Source: a virus
DNA length: 64,000 nt
Virus record (IMG/VR): IMGVR_UViG_3300042923_000619
Coordinates: 132,136-196,135 of that record
Reading direction: 5' to 3' (one strand)
Shown here piece after piece: positions 32,620 to 44,549 of the stretch; the stretch's first letter is position 1, and each line of letters begins with the position of its first letter. The position numbers and the translations under genes are program-made. The notes under the pieces were generated by a model. The model worked only from the letters and a program-made list of their open reading frames with translations. It was not told the DNA's origin and made no database searches.

Positions 32620-33507
32620 ATGAAATTAGGATACGCTTGTATAAACACTACTTTAGGTAAAGAAGGTAGATTCAAAACAATAACAGTCAAATCTGCAAAT
32701 AAATTAACACAAGAAGAATTAATTAAAAAAGTTAAAGGAATTACAGTAGATAATCTATATAATACATATAAAATACTTCAATGGAATATAGAAAATAACA
32801 TCTATATGTATAGAATGACTTCTAATATGATTCCTTTAGCTACACATGAATTACTTGAAGATTGGTCTTGGTGGAATGATAAAGATATTTTAAATATTTG
32901 CAATAAGATAAAAGAATTAGTAATTAAGAATGATATCAGAATATCTTTTCATCCAGACCAATTTTGTGTTATTAATTCACCTAAAGAAGAAGTATTCAAT
33001 ATGGCTTTAGATATATTAAACTATCATAATAGATTGTCTGATTTGCTAGGTAATGATATTTTAATACTTCATGTAGGTGGAATATATGGTGATAAAGAAT
33101 CTGCTATGAGAAGATTTATTGATAATTTTAATAGATTACCTATAGATATTCAAAATAAGATAGTCTTAGAGAATGATGATAAAAGTTACAATGTTGAAGA
33201 TGTATTAGATATTTGTAATCACTTAGGTATTAGGATGTGTATAGATTTTCACCACGATAGGTGTTTACTTAGCAGTAAAGGAACAGACTGGCTTATGTAT
33301 AAGGTAATCACCACATGGAAAGGACAAACTCCTAAATGCCATATAAGTAGTGGTAAGGATAAGATAGATGATAGAAGTCATGCTGATTATGTTAGTAGTG
33401 AAGACTTTACAAGAGTTGTTGAATTAACTAAAGGTAGATTTGATATTATGTTTGAGTGTAAAATGAAAGAATTAAGCGTATTAGATTACATTAAAGAGGT
33501 GAAGTGA
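32620..33507 (+). CDS. uvsE: UV DNA damage repair endonuclease
   Basis: LGYACIN, YRMTS, SFHPDQF, HVGG.YGDK, LENDDK, DFHH, H.SS, H.DY, M.ECK.KE. Confidence 0.92.
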   Translation: MKLGYACINTTLGKEGRFKTITVKSANKLTQEELIKKVKGITVDNLYNTYKILQWNIENNIYMYRMTSNMIPLATHELLEDWSWWNDKDILNICNKIKELVIKNDIRISFHPDQFCVINSPKEEVFNMALDILNYHNRLSDLLGNDILILHVGGIYGDKESAMRRFIDNFNRLPIDIQNKIVLENDDKSYNVEDVLDICNHLGIRMCIDFHHDRCLLSSKGTDWLMYKVITTWKGQTPKCHISSGKDKIDDRSHADYVSSEDFTRVVELTKGRFDIMFECKMKELSVLDYIKEVK

Positions 33508-33673
33508 AATGAGAAAACAAACTAATCCAAAAGACTTTGAAATATTTTTAAGTAACAATGGTTATGATAGTGATAAATATGAATACATAAGTAAAGATTG
33601 TTATGATTATAGAGTTAAAGATATTGCCAGTGGTAAAGAATTTTTTATTAGATATTGAGGAGGGGGAACTAAT

Positions 33674-36600
33674 ATGGATATAAGACAAATATTAAAAAAT
33701 GGTGATATATGCGAACTAGAATATCAAAAAGGAGTAACATTTGGTTTATATATGGATGGTTATTTATACAAAAATCAAGATAATGATGTTATGTGTCAAA
33801 TAGGAGGATTTGAACCAATGGTAATTAGAGTGGTTAGACCATCTTCTATGAGAAATGCATTTGAATTATTTAGATATGCAAATAATTATAATTTCAGCTA
33901 TGAAAAATATGGTAAGTTTAATATTGTATATAGTAAATAAGTTGTTTAAATTGTCATTTTACAGTAAGTAAATAAATTAACAGAAAAGAGATGATTAGTA
34001 ATGTGGTATGAGAATGTTTATTTTCAATGTATATTAATGGCACTATCAACTATTATATATATTTTTGTAAATGCATATGTGACTTTTTGTCCTAGAAAGG
34101 GATATAATAATGGGATATCAAAACCAATATGTATAAAAGGAAATTTAAAAGAAGGTGACTTTATTGATTTGGATGGAACAATCAGAAATATTAAGGAATT
34201 AAATTAATTGTAAAATTATGTTAAAATACTTCTTTTACAAGAATATTAATAAATTAAAATATGAAAGGATAGATAAAAATGGCAAAATTAATAAGAAATC
34301 AAAAGGACATAGAATATGGAGTAAACTCAATAATAGAAAGGTATTTATGGGTAAAGAATAAGATAAGCAAAACATCTGCTTATTCATTAAATGAAACCAA
34401 GGAAAGACTAGAATTAATAATAGAAAGAGATATTTTAGATGAGATTTTAAGACAGTTAGATATTCAAGATTTTGAATTAGACAAAGATAATAATGAATTT
34501 ACGATTAATTAAAATATTACTTTTAAAGTGAAAGGAGAAATAAATATGCAAGAGAAAGAGTATAATAAATTAAACTTCCCTAATGGAATGTATACAACAT
34601 ATAGAGGATTACCATTGTATAGAGATGTAATTATAAAAACAAAAGATAATAACATAATAATTGGAGAACTTAAACATGTGTCTTTATATGAAAATGGAGA
34701 TATCTTATATTTGCAAACTAAAAAAGGAAAAATTGATATAGATATTAATAATATTGATGATATTGATTTGTATATAGAGCAGGAAAATGATTTCAAATTA
34801 GATGATATAGTTGAAGTAATAAATATAGATGGTTTAAATACAGTTTTATATGATGAATATCCAAAAGGATTTAATAAAAATCTAATAGGAATGCAAGGAA
34901 AAATAACAATGATAGATAATGTTACTACTAGAGGTATTACTTATTATTTAGTAGATTTACCTGTTAATAATAATAGAATACAAGGCATGAGATATCTTAC
35001 TGATGGAAGAACAGTATTTTTAGGAGATAATTTAAAATTAGTTAAAAGAGGTGGAAAGAACATGGATAATTCAAGATTTTTTGATTTTTCAAACGTTAAA
35101 CCATTAAACTATAAGGATTTAGATGGGAAAACATTAAAAATGACATTAGTTGATAATAATTAATGTTTATTAGTTGCTGGAGTAGATAAAGAAAATAATA
35201 TAATTTATATGTTACATAGTGAAGTAAAGTAGGTGATGAAAAGTTTATTGTAATTACTAATATATGATATAATTAAAGAATATATAATTAATTGATAAAA
35301 GAAAAATGTTTATATTTAATATTTAAAAGGATGTGGAAAAAGTTGAGTAAATTAATAATAAAAAAACAATCAAATTCAGACAATTTATCAAATATAATAT
35401 GTAATTTTGTTAGTTTAGGAGGAATTATTGAAAAAGTATCTCATAACAATATTAAATATATATTTGAAGGAGTTTATAAGAATTCAAAAATTGTAATTGA
35501 AAAATATAATGATATAGAAATAGTAATAAAAACAGATTTAAACAATGCAGAAAATTTTAGATTATGTGAATTGCTTAAAAAAGGCTATTAATTTATATAA
35601 AATCTTGAAAGGAAATGTGTAATATGAATGACAATGAAGATTTAATAATTTGTTATAATTGTGGGTTTGAATATCCTATTGATTATACAGAATTATATTT
35701 AAAAGATAATATAAGTGAAAGAATTTGTTATGATTGTATTGAGAGTGATAATGATTGGTAAGTGGTAAGTTATTTTTATTAAAAGTAAATTAAGAAAGGA
35801 ATACAAAAATGAATAGAATATTAATTGATTATGGAAGATATGATACAATTTTATGGCTTAGTGATGGTTTTACTATGTTAAAGGGCAACTTAATGGAGGT
35901 AGCAGAAAAGATATATAATATTACTACAACCAAATATGTAAATGAAGAAAATCCTGATAAATATTATATAAAACAGGAATATGAATTATTAATTGATTAT
36001 TTTGGAGGTGGTCAAAAATTAGAAGATGTTTTGATAGAAAAGTACAATTTAAAAATAGAACGATGTAATGTTTATAAAAATCATCAACATTACAATTGCG
36101 ATAAACAATCAACAATTAAGTTGCATGAAGATGCTTTTAAGTTTAATGTTAGTCATGGAGATAAAAATTGGTTTAGAAACATGATAGGAAAAGTTGAATA
36201 ATACAGTAATAAAGTGCATTTGACATAAATTAAATAAAGAAAGGAGTATATTTAAATGAAAGATTCAGAAGAGCCACCAAGAAATAAATTAATAATTATA
36301 GATTTTAATATGATTACACACAAATTTGAATTATCAGTAATTAACAATAAGGAATATGTTATTTTAGCAAAGGATTTATATGTTGTATCATGTGTAGAAT
36401 TATTACATAAATTACATACTGAATATAAGCAAATATTATTTAATGTTGATAGATTTCAATTTGGAGATATTACAGATTTGTTAATTGAGCATAACTTACA
36501 TTTTAATATAGATACAGTATGTAGAGAATTAACACGTCTAATAAAGTCAAAGAAAAATTGCACAGTATTAACTGTATATGTAGAAAGTAGAGAATTGAAT

Positions 36601-38971
36601 TATAATGAGAATTTAGTAAAACACTTATTAAATTAAAACTTTAGATTTAAAGCAATTTAATTAAACATAAAATAAAAGGGAGGATAGAATATGGAAGACA
36701 ATAAACAAATAGTTATGAAATTAAATACAGAAGTAAATATAAATGATATTAGTATACAAGAATATGTTCAACAAATATTAGGAAGATTAAGCGATAAATC
36801 CACCTATTTAGGAGAGTGTGAAAGCCCAATACTACAATTAAGAACTATAGGAATTGAAGATATACCAAAATTAAAATTATTAAAAAAAGATAAATATTAT
36901 CAAATAGAATCACCATATAAAATTAATAATACTGTAGTTAATACTTTTGGTACTATTTTTAAAGTAATAAATGAATATAATGATAACAATGAATTTATGG
37001 AGATACAATTTGTAGGTGAGATTGATAAATCTTTAATAGAGTTTACTATAATAAACCATCAACCTATAATTTGGAATTAAGAAGGAGTTATGTATAATGA
37101 TAAGAGAGATATATAACAATTTAAAAGATACTACCTTTTTTATGTATTTATCAAATTTGATATTTTTAATTGTTTCCTTAACTATTACATTTCTAATTAT
37201 ATTAATATTTTGTAAAATAGTTGGAAATTCTTTAGTACAAACAATTTGTCAGAATGAGTTTTATTGGTTAGTTGTAGTAGTTATATCATCTTTTATGTCT
37301 GTTGCTATGACATTAATTATGTCAGAACAAATAAAGAAATATTTAAAATAAAAATTTAATTTTAAAAAGAAGTGGGTGGAATAATGGAAACTGTAGAACG
37401 TTTCGGTATTTTAAAAGCATGGTTCACTAATGGAAACGGTAAAAAAATTGAAGTAAAACCTATAAATGAATATTTAGATACTATAAAAATTAAAAATGCA
37501 GATATAGTCAGTAAATCTAATAATGTTGAATGGAATTTAAACGAAGAAAGTAATTATTTAGGGAAAAGAAAATTAAGGTTTGAAGAAAGTATAAAGAATA
37601 TAATTAATAATGGGAAGGAAGATTGAAATGAATTTAGACTTAAACAAATTTAAACCAAAAGATATAAAAATAAGTGATAAATACTCAAGTAATTTATACA
37701 AATTTCTAAAGAAATACAATAAACAAGGTTATAATAAGGTTTATTTTAACCCAATAGATAATTATGATGGGCATATTATAGAACTAGATATGAACTTCCT
37801 ACCATTCTCAAATATTTACATAGGTGAGATGATTGAAGATGATATAATAGGTAATTCATTAGCAAGAATAGTAACTGGTCAGACATTATATAGATTAAGT
37901 TGTAATATAAATGTAAAAGATGAATGGATAGATATTACAGATGAATTTTGGAAAAGATATGAAGAAATAGGTAGATGCTTATTCATAGGGCATAATTCAT
38001 GGTATCAAGATGATAATGATACTAGATTTACATATACAGATGAAGATAATAGAGTTTGTAACTGGTGTGGTAAAGTGGAACATAAAAGAATTGAACCTGT
38101 AATAAAAGAAAAAGTAATTTGGGAATAAATTAAACAAATTAATATAAACAAACTATTGACAAATAAAATTGGAAGATGTAACATAATATTGTAATAAGTA
38201 ATAAATTAATAGAAGAAAGGAAAATGATTAAGATGTATAAAGCAGAACAATTTCAAGCATTAACTAAACAATATGAGGAAAGACAATTACAAAAGACTAA
38301 AAGAATACAAGAAGATATCAAACTAGTAGAAGATGCACTAGAAAATCTATACATAAAGATTCAAAGTTGTATAGATAAAGAAATTAATCTACCTAAATAT
38401 GCTGAGGTAAATAAGATATTAGAAAAGGCAGTTTCAGATGATTTAATTTTAAATCAAGGATTCTTATTAGATATAACAAATGATAAACATACTAGAATTT
38501 ATTATAATAAGAGTGATTTTGATAATAAAAATAGTAGCAACCATAAGTCATTATCAATGAATAAACCACATTTAAGTCAAATTAAACTTCATGAAAATAT
38601 TAATAAAAAAGAAAATAATCTAAAAACACCTCATACTAAAGAAGAAGCAGATGATAATATCATTAAATTATTTAAGAGTCTTTTTGGAGATGACGCAGAA
38701 ATAAAATATTATAGAGGAGGATTTTAACATGAATGCAAAATTACTAATTAAACTAGTAGAAGAATTTTGCAACGAAAGAAAAATAGATATAAATAAATTA
38801 TACCAAAGATTAGCTGAAATATATCAAGATAAAGAATGGGGAGTAAATATTATAATGGAAGCTAATGAGCATGGTTATTGTCAGCTTCCTGAATATTTGG
38901 AATCTAGAGAAATTGTAGATAGATACATAAGTATTTTAAATAAATTAAAAAGAGGTGAATATAATGTCTAG
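33674..38971 (+). other. Hypothetical ORF cluster (33674 to 38729 starts)
   Basis: ORF track; 35292-35591 is a paralog of 42014-42394. Confidence 0.6.
38156..38184 (+). promoter_or_regulatory. sigmaA promoter upstream of the operon containing the amylase
   Basis: TTGACA-17bp-TAACAT; AACAAATTAAT at 38133-38143. Confidence 0.65.
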
Positions 38972-39872
38972 AAAAATTGGACTTCATTTATTTGAGTGGC
39001 ATTACAAAGACATTATATCTCAGCTTGAAAAAATTAAGGAGAGTGGATATTCCTTTATTCAACTTTCCCCTTGCCAAAGATTAAAAGATAATAATAGTGA
39101 TTTTTGGTGGATGCAATATCAGACAACAGGATTTGATACAATAGGAAATAAGTATGGTTCTGAATCGGAACTTAAAGAATTATGTTCAAAAGCAAATAAA
39201 CTAGGAATAATTGTAGTAATGGACATTTGCTTAAATCATGTTTGTGGTGAACTAGATGGTTCTTTAACTCCTTATAGAGAAGTTGATAAAAGGTTGTTAG
39301 ATAACCCTCAATTCTTCAAAGAACCAAAAGTAATTAATGACTGGAAGAATAGATATGAAGTAATTAATTATAACTGTCAAGGTTTAGCAACATTAAGATT
39401 AGACAACCATGACTTACAAGATATAATAATTGACTATCTAAATAAATTAATAGATGTTGGAATTTCAGGATTCAGAATAGATTCTTGTAAGCAAATTAAA
39501 TTACCTAATGACGGTAGTGATTTCTTTACTAGAGTATTTGACAATTTACATAAAAAGAAGGACGAGTTATTCATATATGGTGAAATAATATTTGAAACAA
39601 AAGAATTAATAAAAGAGTATCAAGCCTACATAGATGTCTTAACTAATACATATGATGGTTGTGACAGAAATAAAATTGTTACCTTTTTACTTAGCCATGA
39701 TTCAGAACTAGAATTTAAATATACTAATAAGATGGATTATAATATGATAGTTAATGAATGGGAATTCTTATTAAAGAATAATAGAGAAAGCCATATGTTG
39801 TTTTATCCAAGAGCTTGGAGTAATTTATGGTGTAGTGATAGAATCAAGAACATTAATAATATATATAGATAG
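38955..39872 (+). CDS. Cytoplasmic alpha-amylase (GH13) catalytic domain only
   Basis: LHLFEW, GYSFIQLSP, WWMQYQ, DICLNH (region I), GFRIDSCK (nucleophile Asp), YGEII (acid Glu), SHD (region IV); no signal peptide or C domain. Confidence 0.88.
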   Translation: MNIMSRKIGLHLFEWHYKDIISQLEKIKESGYSFIQLSPCQRLKDNNSDFWWMQYQTTGFDTIGNKYGSESELKELCSKANKLGIIVVMDICLNHVCGELDGSLTPYREVDKRLLDNPQFFKEPKVINDWKNRYEVINYNCQGLATLRLDNHDLQDIIIDYLNKLIDVGISGFRIDSCKQIKLPNDGSDFFTRVFDNLHKKKDELFIYGEIIFETKELIKEYQAYIDVLTNTYDGCDRNKIVTFLLSHDSELEFKYTNKMDYNMIVNEWEFLLKNNRESHMLFYPRAWSNLWCSDRIKNINNIYR

Positions 39873-40192
39873 GAAATAAATTAATGAAAATATAAAGGGT
39901 GAAGGTTAAATGAATTATGCAGAAGAACAATTACAAAATGCAATAGAAAAAGAGAATAATAAACTAAAAGCAGAGAATGAAAAGTTAAGAAATGAAAATC
40001 AAAAATTAAGAGAACTAGTAAAAATATTATTGTAAAAGAGATGAAAATATATGGAATGTAATAATAAAGAATGTCCAAGAAATGATGGAGGAAAGTGTGA
40101 ACATAAATATATAGTAGATAAATCAATGATATGTATAAGTGTTAGATAATGCATTAGAATAAAAATTTAATATAATAGAAGGAGGATGCTTT

Positions 40193-43100
40193 ATGAAAAG
40201 AGAGTATAATTTTGAAGAAGTAATGTTAAATATTAAAAAAGGTGAAACTTATGAATCTACTGAGGATATCTACAATTTAGAAACAATTACAAAAGGTGAT
40301 ATAGGTATAATTTTTAATAAAGAAAGTAAATTTCTTGTTTCAGGAGTTGATGACAAACAAAGATTTATAAAAGTAAAACCATCAGTAAGTTTAGCTGAGG
40401 TAATTAGTCAAGATAAAAGATGTAAAATTGAGAATGATATGATTAATCAATTAATAGAAGAAGATGGACAAAACTTTTTATGGTTAACAGAATATCAATA
40501 TTTAAAAGATATAATGTGTGTTATATCAGAAGAATTTAATAAAACTGCATTCAATGAAATATTAAGAAATGCTAAATGGTATTTAGAAGATTAAAGGTTA
40601 TTAAGGTTTAAATATATCATCAATAGAGAGTAAAATGGAAAATTTATGTAGAAATGAAGGAGCGAATATACAATGATTAATGAAAAAGAAAATATTGATT
40701 GTTTGGAACAATTATTATTGAAAAAATTAGAAATTCCAATAGAAAATGCACCATATGCTACAATATATAATAATGAAATAGGATTTTGGTTTGCCAGCTA
40801 TATTAGTTGTAATATTTCTATTGATGGTTCAGATTTAGAATGGATATGTTTAAGTAGGGATAAAGAAAAAGTAGATATATTTAAACACATGATTGAATTA
40901 AAAAAATTCTTTAATTTAGGTAAAATCTTGATTTTACTTAGAATTAAATAAATTATATTCAATAAAGGAGAAGTGGTAAAAATGAAAGTTTATTTAGTTA
41001 AAAGAGGAAAAATAACTCACACAGGATTTAAAGCAAAAGTTATGGGAGATATAGATGTTTATAGTTTATGTAATCAAAGAATGGATTGTAGTGATGTAGT
41101 ATCTATAGGCGAAGATACAGATGTAACTTGTAAAAGATATTTAAAGAAAATGGCTAAAGTAGATGAACATGGAAGAGTAATTTTATAATATGGATGGTGA
41201 ATAATATGAGTAATAAATATAAAGCAAAAGTTGAATACATAGAACAGATAGATGGTTATATTGTATTAGTATTAATAGATAATAAATGGAGTAGATGTGG
41301 TACAGGAAACCATAGTATAGAAGTATGGGATTTTCAAGAGGATGCTGAAGCTTATATAGATGGATGTAGTAATTTAGAATTGTAAAATTAAGGTAAAATA
41401 ATGTTTTTACTTGGTTATTAATAAATTAAGGAGTGGTAATATATGTTTAAAAAATCAGATTTTAAAAATGGCATGATTGTAGAATTTAATAATGGTAAAA
41501 GAAGAATGATTTGGGACGATAAATTAATAGATAATATCGGGTTTATTTGGATGGCTAACATAGATGAAAAAGATTTAAGACATCTAGATAGTATTAAAGG
41601 AGAGTTTATTGATAGAATATATAAAACTTATAATATTGGTTCAATGAATGACTTCTTTAGAGATGATAGTTTGACTGAAATTTGGAATAGATATAGATAA
41701 GTTTGAATGAAATGAATATATTATAAAGAATTAAGGAGTGAATTATTATGAAAGAAATATCAAAGAACGCTAAAATGACACCATTGTTTTTATTATTAGA
41801 TGAAGAAGGGCTGAATAAACTTAATATGATGGCAGAGAATGTTTATAAGCAAGATAGATTAGAATTTCCTAAAGAAAATGAGTTTGTTAGATTTATAGAT
41901 AAAGATAATAATGTAGAATTTGAAGCTAAAATAACAAATGTAAAAGAAGGTAAAACTTCAATAGATAAAACAATAGAAATTGAAAAGTTAAATTAAGAAG
42001 GAGTGAATTAATTATGTTAAATAAATTAACAATTAGAAAGCAATCAGATTTAAGTGATTTAATAAATATTGTACATAATTTTATTAGTATTGGTGGAGTT
42101 ATTGAGAGTGTATCTTATATAAGTGCTGAATATATGTTTGATGGAATGTACAAAGGGGAAAGAGTAATATTTGAAACCTATAATACTGATGAAATAATAA
42201 TGAGTACAGATTTAGATATTGCAGAAACTTTTAAATTATATGAATTACTTCAAGAAAATATTATAGATTACAAGTGGACACTTTTAAAAGGATTTATTAA
42301 ATCAACAATGAATAATAGTAAGGTAAAATTAGAAGACTCATGTCATTATCAAGCTATATTAAATAAAATGTATGAATTGGAGTGTGATAAATAATGAATG
42401 ATATTTTTAAACAACTATTAAATACTGGATTCAAACCAATATATTATAATAATAGTAATTTAGAAGGATATTCACTTGAAAGCAGATTAAATTATAGAAA
42501 AATGTTAAATTTAGAAAGACATGAATCAACTACAGATTTAATAATAGAGTTGTTAGGAAGAGATAAATATTTTTGGTTAAATAATGTTGATTCTTTATAC
42601 ATAGAAATTGATGAAAATTTAAAATGTGCTGAACTATATTGGCAATATGAAAGTAATGGAGAAGCTATAAATATAACAGACAACTTAGAAGGAATTTTAA
42701 AATTATTACCAAAAGAATATGAATATTTAACATTGGATGACTAACAAATAAATTATTTCCTAAAATTGAGTTTTAAGGCTAGGTATATCAATGTATAAAC
42801 AATCAGTTTTAGGAAATAATGTCGAAAATTAGCATAAAATATTAGTTTTATTGCCTTTTAAATAAAATAAAAAGAATGTGTATTGACTTACATAATTAAC
42901 CATGATATTATAAATATAAGTAATAAATAAATTAAAAACAATAAGGAGTTTAATACATATGAATATAAATAATAAAAATTTAGAAACTTTATTAACATCA
43001 TACATAGGAACAAATGTTAAAGCCCAAATAAATGGACGTGGTAATAAAGTAGAATTTTATTGGGATGAGTTATTAACTGATTTGGTTATTAATGAAACTA

Positions 43101-43309
43101 GTAGGTATTTTGATATTCACTATAAATACATTTCAGTATATAGAAATTTAGATTTTGAGGGACAAGTGGAAGAAACATCAGAAATTATAGAGTTTACATT
43201 AAGTAGTGTAACCGATGATTCAAAAGAAAATTTAGAGAGATTAGAAAAAGAATATTGTATTGATAAAAATTGTTTATATTACATAATTAATATATTAAAA
43301 GAATTATAA
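40193..43309 (+). other. Hypothetical ORF cluster (40193 to 42959 starts)
   Basis: ORF track. Confidence 0.6.
42752..42820. repeat. 69-bp element with perfect 14-bp terminal inverted repeats, copy 2
   Basis: ATTATTTCCTAAAA ... TTTTAGGAAATAAT. Confidence 0.75.
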
Positions 43310-43312
43310 GGA

Positions 43313-43705
43313 GTGACAAAAATGAATCAAGGAATATTATATACTAGTTATTTTGCAAAATTTAAAAAAGGTGTAGGAGATAAAATATCTATAGCTAGAT
43401 TTAATCCCAAATGGTTAGATTCTAATGAATTATTTGCATGGTGTACAAGTTTAGCACCTAGTAAAGAATTATTAAATGACTATAAATATAAGGGCATATC
43501 GTGGGACGAATATTCAGAAAGATATTATAACGAAATTAAGAACTCAGAAAAGGCTCAAACTGATATTTCAAGTATTTGTACAAGATTATCTTTAGGCTAT
43601 AATATAACTTTATATTGTTATGAGAAATCTACAGATAATTGTCATAGGCATTTATTAGCTGAAACATTTAAAGAAAGAGGAATTGAAGTTAAAGAGATAG
43701 AATAA
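43313..43705 (+). CDS. DUF488 family protein
   Basis: YTSYF, ISIAR, LAPS.ELL, WDEY..RY..E, TLYCYEK...CHR.LLAE. Confidence 0.75.
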   Translation: MTKMNQGILYTSYFAKFKKGVGDKISIARFNPKWLDSNELFAWCTSLAPSKELLNDYKYKGISWDEYSERYYNEIKNSEKAQTDISSICTRLSLGYNITLYCYEKSTDNCHRHLLAETFKERGIEVKEIE

Positions 43706-43730
43706 ATTAAAAATAAGGGAGGTTTTAAAT

Positions 43731-43973
43731 ATGAATGATATTACTAAATTAGAAGAAAATTCAAAACAAGTAATATGTATAGAGTGTCTTGGAACAGGAT
43801 ATATGAAAGATAGTGGTTATGCCAATATGGATAAATCTCATAAATGCTATACCTGCAATGGAACAGGTTGTATTTCCATAGATAGAGTCAAAGTATCTAT
43901 GGAAGAATATGAAAAATTATATAATGAAGCTATAAAAACTACATGGAATCATAGAAAATTTCAAATATTGTAA
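43731..43973 (+). CDS. DnaJ-type zinc-finger protein
   Basis: CIECLGTG and CYTCNGTG. Confidence 0.6.
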   Translation: MNDITKLEENSKQVICIECLGTGYMKDSGYANMDKSHKCYTCNGTGCISIDRVKVSMEEYEKLYNEAIKTTWNHRKFQIL

Positions 43974-44017
43974 AAATAAACTTATTATAATTAAAATATA
44001 AAAGGAGGTGAATTTTA

Positions 44018-44320
44018 ATGAATAGTTATAATCTTAATGTAATTCAAGATACTTTAAATAAAATGCATCCAAAACAAATTATAAATAAAGTAGACAACTT
44101 AAAAGTATCTATGTTCAAAGTTAAATATGAATATACTACCGATAGAAACAATAAAAAAGAAGGGGAAAAGTATTTCTTATTAAATACACTAAATCCTCAA
44201 GCAGACTTACAAAAAGAATTACTAGAATATGTACAAGATTATAATGAAAATAATGAGCATAGACAAATATCTAATGTTAAGTTTCTAGATGGTCAATGCT
44301 TGGCTTTTCTATCTATATAG
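44018..44320 (+). CDS. Hypothetical protein
   Basis: ORF track, AGGAGGTG RBS. Confidence 0.7.
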   Translation: MNSYNLNVIQDTLNKMHPKQIINKVDNLKVSMFKVKYEYTTDRNNKKEGEKYFLLNTLNPQADLQKELLEYVQDYNENNEHRQISNVKFLDGQCLAFLSI

Positions 44321-44451
44321 GTAGAACTATGGTTTCAGCCCTTCTAATCCTGTAATACAGGTTGCTATAGTTTAATATCTTATTAGCCATAAGAGTTAAA
44401 TGACAATTGGTTAAAAGCGTAAAAGGACACACCACAATTTTATATTGAATC

Positions 44452-44460
44452 TGTTATAAT
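44452..44460 (+). promoter_or_regulatory. Extended -10 promoter preceding a structured leader
   Basis: TGTTATAAT. Confidence 0.55.
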
Positions 44461-44549
44461 ATATCGAATTGTTCGAGAAAATTAATAGATAAAGAATGAC
44501 TTTATCCTTACGAATTCATAGGCAATATGAATGAGTAGGGTGAAGGATA

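Noticed and set aside
3316-41441. Isolated TGGTAATA half-sites (3316, 19817, 32055, 41434)
   Set aside because: An 8-mer of this composition is expected several times by chance in 64 kb of AT-rich DNA
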